The notes beneath the pieces were generated by a model, which searched no databases, was not told where the DNA came from, and saw nothing but the letters and a program-made list of their open reading frames with translations. Made by a program: the position numbers and the translations under genes. This document shows, one piece after another, positions 1 through 7,046 of a DNA stretch of 11,699 bases (position 1 is the first letter of the stretch; the number at the start of each line of letters is the position of its first letter). The stretch comes from an uncultured bacterium (lineage in GTDB: Bacteria; CAIJMQ01): contig CAZNJA010000042.1 of the NCBI GenBank assembly GCA_964573245.1, forward strand, positions 1-11,699, read 5' to 3'.

Positions 1-407
1 AAGAAATTGCCAATTCTCAAAGTTCTCATAACTTTTTTCGCCGCAAGAATCCTTATTTCAGGGTCAGGATTGGTTAAACCACCGTTACGGAATATAGAAT
101 TTGAGTGGAGATTACAGGTTACCATCATTAGTGGAAGACCCACACTGTCTATCTTTCCCTTGAGCACTTTCAAAGTTTGGGATGTTTCACTCTGGGGGTC
201 CAAATCATCCTCTGGGTTTTTCGGGTCCCATGAAACAAGGTCATCATCATGAGCAGATGTATAATCTATAAGTTTCTCTTTTTTAGCCCAGCAAAGGATA
301 TCGCCTACTTCCAGGGAACTAAGTGTATCCATAACCGAACCTCCGAACGGGTCTCCGACCGGATTGCCAACACACCAAAACGGCATAGAAGCTTTTCTGT
401 TAACCAT
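1..407 (-). CDS. xylA: Xylose isomerase-like protein (class I, Streptomyces/Thermus type), N-terminal 135 codons; runs off the left edge
   Basis: Hand translation from ATG at 407-405, open to the edge: MVNRKASMPFWCVGNPVGDPFGGSVMDTLSSLEVGDILCWAKKEKLIDYTSAHDDDLVSWDPKNPEDDLDPQSETSQTLKVLKGKIDSVGLPLMMVTCNLHSNSIFRNGGLTNPDPEIRILAAKKVMRTLRIGNF. It matches class I XI motifs W-x-VG...DPFG, HDDDL (catalytic His/Asp) and MVTxNL...F+xGGxT. SD AAAGGAGGT lies at 415-423. Not in the ORF track because there is no stop in the window. Confidence 0.85.
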   Translation of the reverse strand, partial: MVNRKASMPFWCVGNPVGDPFGGSVMDTLSSLEVGDILCWAKKEKLIDYTSAHDDDLVSWDPKNPEDDLDPQSETSQTLKVLKGKIDSVGLPLMMVTCNLHSNSIFRNGGLTNPDPEIRILAAKKVMRTLRIGNF

Positions 408-476
408 TTTAAAAACCTCCTTTGTTTATTGAGTTATTTATTTTTAAATATCCCTCGCTTGTTTTCGGGAAGGGGT

Positions 477-504
477 ATGATATCATAAAATATCTTGTTG
501 TAAA
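477..504 (-). promoter_or_regulatory. Putative sigma70 promoter for the xylA-like gene
   Basis: Minus strand: -35 TTTACA (504-499), 16-nt spacer, extended -10 TGaTATCAT (hexamer 482-477). The -10 lies inside the perfect 12-bp palindrome TATGATATCATA (476-487). Confidence 0.45.
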
Positions 505-526
505 AGGTAGTATTAGTTGTATTAAT

Positions 527-1558
527 CTATTTATAATCTCTAACTGTTTTCAAGAATGTTTTTATGTTTTCCGATGAAACAGCCGGAGGCATACCTCCGC
601 CGCAAGAGAATATAACTCTTGATTTATCTTCCAAAGAATCCAAAAGTTTGAGAGTCGTATTTCTCACATCGTCTGCACTCCCGCTTGCCAATACATCACG
701 CGGCGGAATATTTCCAAGCATAACAACCTTATTTTGTGTGGATTTTTTTAAATCATTTATAGATGTATCAAAACCCATATTGAATAAATTAATTCCTATT
801 TCCGGCAAAAAGGGAAGCGATACTCCGCATTGCGCGTCATTATGCAAAAATTTTACGGACACATCGGCATCGTATAACTGTTTGAAATACGGTAAAGCAA
901 AAGCCCTGAATTCCTTTTCGCCGATAAAACCTATGATGTCATCCAATAAGAATATACCGTCGATGGAAGGAAACGTTTTCATTTGCAACTGCAACCAATT
1001 TTTCAAAAAAGTAGTAATTTTATTCAACAACAGATGGATTTTATCCGGTTCCAACATCATAGCCGTTAAAAATTCCGTTGCGCCCATCAGATAACTGGAA
1101 ATATTCAACGGGCCTCGCGCCACTGCAAACCTGATTTTATGCCCGGATTCCTCAATTTTCGGCTGCATAATTTTTAAACGGTTAAGCGCTAAAGGCAAAA
1201 GGCCGTCCGTTTTTGGATCTGGGATGACGAGTTCATCTATTTCCGCCGCAGAGCGAATTGTTTTATGAGCATGCGGGAATTCATTTTCCGGAAAAACACA
1301 TCTTACTCCAAATGAGGACGGTTCCGTGCACATACCGAATTCCGACCAAAAGCCAGGTAAAAATATAACATCTTTAAATTCATTAACTGCTTTTAAATTT
1401 GCATTTAACCATACCTCATCACTCGTAAAATAATCCAATATTGGCTTCCCATACCAGTTAGGCAGCCATGGGCAATCCACTATAAAACCAGTAGGAAGAG
1501 GATTTAAAATCTTTCCTTTAATAATATCTAATAAATCCTGCCATTGTTTATCTGTCAT
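527..1558 (-). CDS. Uroporphyrinogen decarboxylase (URO-D)/MtaA-CmuA superfamily protein, function uncertain
   Basis: 343 aa with family motifs E-x-x-x-FG, RGPLNISSYLMG, LLDD...G, F..F.LPY.K.L, GNIPP and GGGMPP...ENI. SD AAGGAGGT at 1565-1572. It lacks the HemE signature WxMRQAGR, so it is not called hemE. Confidence 0.8.
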   Translation of the reverse strand: MTDKQWQDLLDIIKGKILNPLPTGFIVDCPWLPNWYGKPILDYFTSDEVWLNANLKAVNEFKDVIFLPGFWSEFGMCTEPSSFGVRCVFPENEFPHAHKTIRSAAEIDELVIPDPKTDGLLPLALNRLKIMQPKIEESGHKIRFAVARGPLNISSYLMGATEFLTAMMLEPDKIHLLLNKITTFLKNWLQLQMKTFPSIDGIFLLDDIIGFIGEKEFRAFALPYFKQLYDADVSVKFLHNDAQCGVSLPFLPEIGINLFNMGFDTSINDLKKSTQNKVVMLGNIPPRDVLASGSADDVRNTTLKLLDSLEDKSRVIFSCGGGMPPAVSSENIKTFLKTVRDYK

Positions 1559-1580
1559 AATAATACCTCCTTATGTGAAA

Positions 1581-2486
1581 TTAAGCCCTCGGATGTGTTT
1601 TATCGTATATTTTTTTAAGTCTCGTAGTTGTCAAATGCGTATAAATTTGTGTAGTTGATAAAGAAGCATGCCCAAGTAGTTCTTGCACCGCCCTAAGGTC
1701 TGCACCCCGTTCCAAAAGGTGGGTCGCGAAACTGTGACGGAAACTATGAACGGAAACATTCTTTTTTATTGCCGCTTCTTTTATATAATCATGGACAATT
1801 TTTTTTACACTTTCCGTAGAAAGTCTCCCGCCCCAATTGTTCAAAAATAATGCTTCTTTATTTACACTCAAATCATTTCTGACCGAAACGAAGAAAGAAT
1901 TTCTTTTATTGAAATATTTGCTTAGCGCTTCAAGCGCTTTATCTCCGACCGGAACTATTCTTTCCTTTCTCCCCTTTCCCTTTACTTTTACAGTTCCGCC
2001 CACGAAATCTATACTGTCAATATTCATTCCGACAAGTTCGGAAACGCGGACTCCGGTCGAATACAGCGTTTCCAACATAGCTTTATCTCTTATACTTAAG
2101 TGGTCATTTCCCGGTAAAGAAAGAATTGTTTCGATTTCCTGAACGCTCATTGGTTCAGGCAAAGTTCCTTTTTTTTTAGGACTGAAAATAAGAGAACAAG
2201 GATTGGAACTTATAAATTCGTTTCTAATAGCAAATTTAAAAAATGACCGAAGAGCGGCAATTTTCCTTCCCATAGAGCTTGAACTATAACCATCACTATG
2301 AAGAGTCGTTAAAAAATCTCTTATATGCGAAGTCTGGATTTGTTGTAATTTTACCGTCGGATAATACTCACTCAAAAATTTATTGAACTGTTCAAGGTCG
2401 GTTCTATAACTTATCAAAGTGTTCTGCGGCAAATTCCGCTCAATTTTCAAAAACTTTATAAATTGCTCTATTTTTTCTTTCTCCAT
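1581..2486 (-). CDS. xerC: Tyrosine recombinase XerC (XerC/XerD family)
   Basis: 301 aa. N-terminal domain (ERNL..NT..SYRTDL) and all catalytic residues present: TGVRVSEL (R), GKGRKER (K), HSFRHSFATH (HxxR), LLGH, TQIYTH (Y). C-terminus YDKTHPRA. Directly downstream of topA, the common topA-xerC synteny. Confidence 0.9.
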   Translation of the reverse strand: MEKEKIEQFIKFLKIERNLPQNTLISYRTDLEQFNKFLSEYYPTVKLQQIQTSHIRDFLTTLHSDGYSSSSMGRKIAALRSFFKFAIRNEFISSNPCSLIFSPKKKGTLPEPMSVQEIETILSLPGNDHLSIRDKAMLETLYSTGVRVSELVGMNIDSIDFVGGTVKVKGKGRKERIVPVGDKALEALSKYFNKRNSFFVSVRNDLSVNKEALFLNNWGGRLSTESVKKIVHDYIKEAAIKKNVSVHSFRHSFATHLLERGADLRAVQELLGHASLSTTQIYTHLTTTRLKKIYDKTHPRA

Positions 2487-2515
2487 TATTTTTAAATTAT
2501 GAAAGCATATAAAAC

Positions 2516-4558
2516 TTATTTGTTTTCTGTTGTATGTTCTCCGGCATCTATTGCCTTAGCTGTATCCTCTGTTTTTTGTTCCGGTAAATATGAAGCGATC
2601 CACCTGCATTGGGGATAATTACTACATCCGTAAAAAACCCTGCCCCTTTTATTCTTCATTTCCACTACTTCGCCGCCGCAATTTTGGTTCGGGCATTTTA
2701 TTCCGACTTTTTTCAGCATCCGTTTTGTATATCGGCATTTGGGGAAATTAGAACACGCTAAAAACTGCCCGAACCTGCCTTCTTTTATTATTAAATTCCC
2801 ACCGCATTCGGGACATTTTTCATCGGTAATTATTTCTCTTTCTTTCTTGATATCTTTCATATCCACCGAAGCTTTTTTCAAAAGTGGCTCGAAAGATATA
2901 TAGAAATCTTTTACCATATCCGACCATTTTCTCTTGCCTTCTTCTACTTCATCGAGATTTTGCTCCATTTCCGAAGTGAATTTCTCATAAAAAATAGTCG
3001 GGAAATTTTCAATAAGCAGTTCAACTACAACCGTGCCGAGTTCCGAAGGATGAAGTTCGCCTTTTATGCCTCTTATATAATCCCTGTCTTTAATCGTGTT
3101 CATTATCGGAGCATAAGTTGAGGGACGGCCTATCCCCTCTTCTTCCAGTTTTCTTATAAGCGTTCCTTCACTGTAGCGGGGAGGCGGCTGCGTAAATTTT
3201 TGTTCAAGTACGACTTCCAGTAAATTCACTTTTTCCTGCTCTTTCAAAACAGGCAAAACATTCGTTTCTTTGCTGCCGTTTTCTTCTTCGTCCTTTTTGA
3301 AAAGAACTGTATAACCATCGAATTTAGTCTTTCTGCTTTCTGTTACGAAAACATAATCTCCGCCTTCCAATTTTAGGATAGTGACTTCCGTTATTTTCGG
3401 AGCCATTTGCGAAGCCAAAAATCGGTTATATATCAATGTGTATAACCTTAATTGATAAGGGTCCAGATATTCTTTTATTTTATCGGGAGAAAACTCCACA
3501 TTTGTCGGGCGTATAGCTTCATGCGCTTCCTGCGCGCCTTTCTTTGCTTTATATTTAGGAGGAGCGGACGGCAGATATTTCTTGCCAAATTTTTTAAGAA
3601 TAAATTCTCTGGCTTTTTCTTGAGCGCTCTTGCTAAGGTTGAAAGAATCCGTTCTCATGTAAGTAATAAGCCCTGTAATTTCATCGCCGATATTAACGCC
3701 TTCGTATAGTTGCTGGGCTACTCTCATTGTCCTTTGGGCAGAGAACCTGAAAACACGATGCGCTTGCTGTTGCAGCGAACTCGTTATAAAAGGCGCCGGA
3801 GATTTTCTTTTTTCCTCTTTGGATATAATGCTTTTGACAATGAAATTTTGTTTTTCGGCATCAGTTTTTATGTTAGGTGCTTCATCTTTGGAGAATTTTG
3901 TGATTTTTTCTCCTTTGAATTCTTTGAGTTGAGAAGAAAATTCTTCGCCACCCTGATTGGAAAATTTGCCGAAAATTAAATAATACTCTTCAGAAACAAA
4001 AGCATTTATTTCTTTTTCCCTATCCACGACGATTTTCAAAGCAACCGTCTGCACTCTTCCCGCAGAAAGACCTTTCCTTACCTTTTTCCATAGCAAAGGC
4101 GAAATTTTATAACCGACAAGTCGGTCTAAAACTCTCCTTGCTTTTCCTGAATCTACTTTATTTTCGTCTATCGAAGTAATATGTTCCAGCGAATCTTTTA
4201 TCGCGGAAGACGTAATTTCGTGGAACAGGATTCTTGAAATACTCTTATTAACAGGTTTTATTTCTTCGGCTAAATGAGCGCATATTGTCTCGCCTTCCCT
4301 ATCGGCATCAGCCGCAAGTAAAACTTGAGAAGATTTTTTGGCTTCGCTTTTTAATTCTTTTAGTATTTTCTTTTTGCCCTTAATAACAGTGTAGGTGGGC
4401 TCAAATCCGTGTTCAACATCAATCCCCAATTTTCTGTCCGGCAAATTTTTTATATGCCCCATGCTCGCGCTGACCCTATATCCTTTCCCTAGAAAGGATT
4501 GAATGGTTCGCGCTTTAGCTGGAGACTCTACTATTACAAGTGCATTTTTTTTAGGCAT
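2516..4558 (-). CDS. topA: DNA topoisomerase I (type IA)
   Basis: 680 aa. TOPRIM motifs LVIVESPAKA and DADREGE, SAGRVQ, active site ITYMRTDS, AQEAHEAIRPT, GIGRPSTYA. Two C-terminal zinc ribbons (CPECGG...CSNFPKC; CPNQNCGG...CSNYPQC). SD GAAAGGA upstream. Confidence 0.98.
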   Translation of the reverse strand: MPKKNALVIVESPAKARTIQSFLGKGYRVSASMGHIKNLPDRKLGIDVEHGFEPTYTVIKGKKKILKELKSEAKKSSQVLLAADADREGETICAHLAEEIKPVNKSISRILFHEITSSAIKDSLEHITSIDENKVDSGKARRVLDRLVGYKISPLLWKKVRKGLSAGRVQTVALKIVVDREKEINAFVSEEYYLIFGKFSNQGGEEFSSQLKEFKGEKITKFSKDEAPNIKTDAEKQNFIVKSIISKEEKRKSPAPFITSSLQQQAHRVFRFSAQRTMRVAQQLYEGVNIGDEITGLITYMRTDSFNLSKSAQEKAREFILKKFGKKYLPSAPPKYKAKKGAQEAHEAIRPTNVEFSPDKIKEYLDPYQLRLYTLIYNRFLASQMAPKITEVTILKLEGGDYVFVTESRKTKFDGYTVLFKKDEEENGSKETNVLPVLKEQEKVNLLEVVLEQKFTQPPPRYSEGTLIRKLEEEGIGRPSTYAPIMNTIKDRDYIRGIKGELHPSELGTVVVELLIENFPTIFYEKFTSEMEQNLDEVEEGKRKWSDMVKDFYISFEPLLKKASVDMKDIKKEREIITDEKCPECGGNLIIKEGRFGQFLACSNFPKCRYTKRMLKKVGIKCPNQNCGGEVVEMKNKRGRVFYGCSNYPQCRWIASYLPEQKTEDTAKAIDAGEHTTENK

Positions 4559-4583
4559 AAATTTCCTTTCAAAGCAACTTTTA

Positions 4584-5312
4584 TCAACCGATATTAAGAT
4601 TAGTCATCTTCACCGCTTTTTCCAAATCTATTTTCCCTTCATATAAAGCTTTGCCTATTATAACCCCCTCGATTCCCGTCACGGCAGAAAGACGCTTTAT
4701 GTCCTCTAAAGAAGAAACACCGCCCGCTACTATAATAGGAATAGGACTTGCTTTGCAAATTTTGGTGAAGAATTCTACGTTCACACTTCCAAGCGTTCCG
4801 TCTTTTTGAATGTCGGTAATTATTAAAGAAGAAATTTCGGCTTTGGAAAGCTTCTCTAAAAAATCGAATATATTTTCAGAAGAACCTTCTTCCCATCCTT
4901 TTACATAGACTTTTTCGTTTTTGACATCCGCTGAAACAATAATCCTGTCCTGAAAAGAAGAGACTGTTTCTTTTAAAAAATTCTCGCCAAGAAGTGCGCT
5001 TGTCCCTAATATAACCCATCTTGCCCCAGAGTCAAAAACCTTCTGAATTGCATCTAAATTTCTTATACCACCGCCCAACTCAACGGGAATCTTGAGTCCT
5101 TTGGTAATTTTTTTTACAACATCCAAATTTTGACACTGTCCGGTTTTTGCTCCGTCAAGGTCAACAATATGAATTCGTTTTGCGCCTTTTTCCTGCCAAT
5201 TTGTAGCCACCTTAACCGGGTCATCGGAATAAATTTTACTCGAATTAAAATCTCCCCTGGTAAGCCGTACCACTTTACCGTTCATCAAATCAACAGCAGG
5301 AATTATTAACAT
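4584..5312 (-). CDS. hisA: ProFAR isomerase (histidine biosynthesis)
   Basis: 242 aa; IIPAVDL..GKVVRL..GD, HIVDLDGA, GGGIR, TDIQKDGTL, AGGVSSLEDI, GVIIGKALYEG. Confidence 0.97.
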   Translation of the reverse strand: MLIIPAVDLMNGKVVRLTRGDFNSSKIYSDDPVKVATNWQEKGAKRIHIVDLDGAKTGQCQNLDVVKKITKGLKIPVELGGGIRNLDAIQKVFDSGARWVILGTSALLGENFLKETVSSFQDRIIVSADVKNEKVYVKGWEEGSSENIFDFLEKLSKAEISSLIITDIQKDGTLGSVNVEFFTKICKASPIPIIVAGGVSSLEDIKRLSAVTGIEGVIIGKALYEGKIDLEKAVKMTNLNIG

Positions 5313-5317
5313 AACAA

Positions 5318-5348
5318 AAGAATTAAGAAATAAGAATTAAGTATTAAG
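5318..5348. repeat. Heptamer tandem array (AAGWAWT)n at the 3' end of the four-helix-bundle gene
   Basis: aagaatt aagaaat aagaatt aagtatt aag (5318-5348), decaying into aagttt aacactt. It overlaps the gene's last codons and TAA stop. Confidence 0.85.
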
Positions 5349-5690
5349 TTTAACACTTAACCCATAAATCATCTTACCTACTTCCTCCGAATTAACAGTT
5401 AATTTTTCAAATTTTTCATTTTCAATATATGACAAATCTCTACTTAAAATTAGATAGTATTTTAATTCTTCTAAAGAACCTTCTGCTATATTAAGAAAAT
5501 GCCGATAATCTTTGTTAGACCTTCTTTTAAATCCTTCAACTATATTCGCAGCTACAGATATTGAGGCTCTTCTCATCTGTGAAATCAAACCAAATTTTTC
5601 TCCTGAAGGAAACTTATTTGTTACCTTATATATTTCTATAACCAATCTATGCGCTTTCTTCCAAACTTCTAAACCTTGAAATGTTTTCAA
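5337..5690 (-). CDS. Four-helix-bundle protein (23S rRNA intervening-sequence protein / Avd-like family)
   Basis: 117 aa with the family pattern F..LEVWKKAH.L...IY..T..FP..EKFGL.SQMRRAS.SV.ANIVEG..R....Y..FL.IA.GSL.E..Y.L.LS.DL.YI. TTG start with AGGA 9 nt upstream. Confidence 0.93.
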   Translation of the reverse strand: MKTFQGLEVWKKAHRLVIEIYKVTNKFPSGEKFGLISQMRRASISVAANIVEGFKRRSNKDYRHFLNIAEGSLEELKYYLILSRDLSYIENEKFEKLTVNSEEVGKMIYGLSVKLNT

Positions 5691-5725
5691 ATTGCTTAAT
5701 CCTGAATACTTACTACTTAATTCTA
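5691..5725. repeat. Heptamer tandem array (consensus AATWCTT) at the 5' end of the four-helix-bundle gene, inverted relative to 5318-5348
   Basis: attgctt aatcctg aatactt actactt aattcta. Its reverse complement, tagaatt aagtagt aagtatt caggatt aagcaat, has the same unit as the downstream array. Confidence 0.8.
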
Positions 5726-6319
5726 GAGAGTTCCTTTTGTGGAAGGGATTCCTTTGATTCTTTTATCTATTATAGTAGCTTCGTCCAACGTCCTGCCCAA
5801 CGCTTTGAAAATAGATTCCGCAATATGATGAAAATCTTCGCCTTTCAAAACAGACACATGAAGATTAAGCCCGCCTTTCTGGGCAAAACTTTGCAAGAAA
5901 TGTTTTAAATTTGGCAAATCGTATTTATCCTTTTCCAAAGGAACCGGAATTTTTATTTCGGAATCAAGATGGAACGAAGCTCTTCCGCTTATATCAATAA
6001 CAACTCTCGCCAACGCCTCATCCATAGGGACAAACGCGGACGCAAATCGTCTTATTCCTTTTTTATCCTTAAGCGCTTTTGTTAAAGCTTCGCCAAGACA
6101 CAAACCTATATCCTCGTTTGTGTGATGTATATCCACACCAATATCTCCTTTTGCTTTGAGTGTTAAATCAAAAAGCCCATGCTTTGAAAAAAGAGTAAGC
6201 ATATGGTCAAGAAAAGGAATGCTTGTTGAAATTTTAGATTTTCCTTCTCCGTCAATATTTAAAACAATCTCTATTTTTGTTTCACTTGTTTTTCTATTTA
6301 TCTTCGCTATTCTTTTCAT
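5723..6319 (-). CDS. hisB: Imidazoleglycerol-phosphate dehydratase (monofunctional)
   Basis: 198 aa; R.T.ET.I, FLDHML, GD..VDIHHTNED.G, PMDEALA, HHIAESIFKALGR, IPSTKGTL. SD AAGGAGGA at 6323-6330. Confidence 0.97.
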   Translation of the reverse strand: MKRIAKINRKTSETKIEIVLNIDGEGKSKISTSIPFLDHMLTLFSKHGLFDLTLKAKGDIGVDIHHTNEDIGLCLGEALTKALKDKKGIRRFASAFVPMDEALARVVIDISGRASFHLDSEIKIPVPLEKDKYDLPNLKHFLQSFAQKGGLNLHVSVLKGEDFHHIAESIFKALGRTLDEATIIDKRIKGIPSTKGTL

Positions 6320-6340
6320 CCGTCCTCCTTATTGCTTTAG

Positions 6341-6416
6341 TCGGGGTGAGTGGATTTGAACCACCGACCTCTACGTCCCGAACGTAGCGCTCTAAACCAA
6401 GCTGAGCCACACCCCG
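6341..6416 (-). tRNA. tRNA-Pro(CGG), CCA not encoded
   Basis: Minus strand folds as CGGGGTG-TG-GCTC-AGCTTGGTTTA-GAGC-G-CTACG-TTCGGGA-CGTAG-AGGTC-GGTGG-TTCAAAT-CCACT-CACCCCG-A. Anticodon CGG at 6380-6378. C1-G72 and A73 are typical of tRNA-Pro. Followed by CTA rather than CCA. Confidence 0.97.
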
Positions 6417-6420
6417 GATA

Positions 6421-6452
6421 AGGTTATCTAGTTACCAGAATATCAGGTTCTC
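6421..6452. repeat. Degenerate octamer tandem array just upstream of tRNA-Pro
   Basis: aggttatc tagttacc agaatatc aggttctc: four units with period 8. Confidence 0.55.
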
Positions 6453-6551
6453 AGAAGAAAAGACATTACACAACAATTGAATATTCTGTTTAGCAATAAC
6501 CTTGTATACACTATTACATTGCATCTCTAAAATCTATGCAATAATTATTTA

Positions 6552-6580
6552 ATTATAGAAGTTTATTATTTTCTTCTCAA
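6552..6580 (-). promoter_or_regulatory. Sigma70 promoter driving the tRNA-Pro-hisB run
   Basis: Minus strand: -35 TTGAGA (6580-6575), 17-nt spacer, perfect -10 TATAAT (6557-6552). Confidence 0.7.
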
Positions 6581-6594
6581 CTATACACAAAAGG

Positions 6595-6624
6595 TTGACT
6601 GATGTTTGGAAAATTTGATATAAG
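6595..6624 (+). promoter_or_regulatory. Putative sigma70 promoter for cutA, divergent from the tRNA promoter
   Basis: -35 TTGACT (6595-6600), 18-nt spacer, extended -10 TGaTATAAG (hexamer 6619-6624); the ATG follows 9 nt later. Confidence 0.5.
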
Positions 6625-6633
6625 AATTTTCAA

Positions 6634-6999
6634 ATGGATAATTCTTCTTTTATAATTATTTTTATCACAGTCCCCACGGAAAAAGAAGCGCAAAAAATCT
6701 CGGATAAATTACTTAAAGAAAAATTAGTCGCGTGTGTAAATATCGTTAAAGAAATAAATTCTTTATTCTGGTGGAAAGAAAAAATAGAATCTGCAAATGA
6801 AATTCTTCTTACGGCAAAAACGGAATTAAAATTTTTCAATGACATTGTTAGGGTTACAAAACAGCTTCACAGCTACGATGTTCCGGAAATAATTGCTCTA
6901 CCTATAATTGGCGCAAATAAAGATTATTTAGACTGGATAAATGAAAGCGTTGAAAAAACTAATATTTCAGAAAAAAATTTAGAAAAAAACATTGAATAA
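6634..6999 (+). CDS. cutA: Divalent-cation tolerance protein CutA
   Basis: 121 aa; IFITVP...EA..I...LLKEKLVACVNI, SLFWWKEKIE...E, KT, LHSYDVPEIIALPI..AN..YLDWI. Confidence 0.95.
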   Translation: MDNSSFIIIFITVPTEKEAQKISDKLLKEKLVACVNIVKEINSLFWWKEKIESANEILLTAKTELKFFNDIVRVTKQLHSYDVPEIIALPIIGANKDYLDWINESVEKTNISEKNLEKNIE

Positions 7000-7020
7000 T
7001 TTTTTTAAATAGTTCATAAT
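6969..7020 (+). promoter_or_regulatory. Sigma70 promoter with upstream A-tracts (UP-element-like) for the small basic ORF
   Basis: -35 TTGAAT (6992-6997), 17-nt spacer, -10 CATAAT (7015-7020). Two A-tracts (agaaaaaaattt agaaaaaaac, 6969-6990) lie immediately upstream, inside the cutA 3' end. Confidence 0.6.
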
Positions 7021-7046
7021 ACTGCGAGAGGAGGTGAGATAACATA

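Noticed and set aside
420-446. ROK-family XylR operator upstream of the xylA-like gene
   Set aside because: Only one half-site-like TTTGTTTAT, overlapping the SD, with no inverted partner.
449-478. Intrinsic terminator between the URO-D-like and xylA-like genes
   Set aside because: Pairing on the transcribed (minus) strand is weak with mismatches, there is no clean U-tract, and it overlaps the predicted transcription start.
7-488. Plus-strand ORFs 7..252 and 249..488
   Set aside because: Antisense shadows of the xylA-like gene and its promoter region; no recognisable motifs or SD.
5337-5690. Diversity-generating retroelement (Avd-like gene)
   Set aside because: No reverse transcriptase and no TR/VR repeat pair differing at adenines is visible in the window.
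1581-6416. Integrative element defined by a tyrosine recombinase plus a tRNA
   Set aside because: The recombinase is a housekeeping XerC in topA synteny, the intervening genes are core, and I saw no duplicated tRNA 3' end (att site).
6417-6550. His attenuator or T-box leader upstream of hisB
   Set aside because: No His-codon-rich leader peptide, T-box motif or terminator/antiterminator was seen; the tRNA directly precedes hisB.
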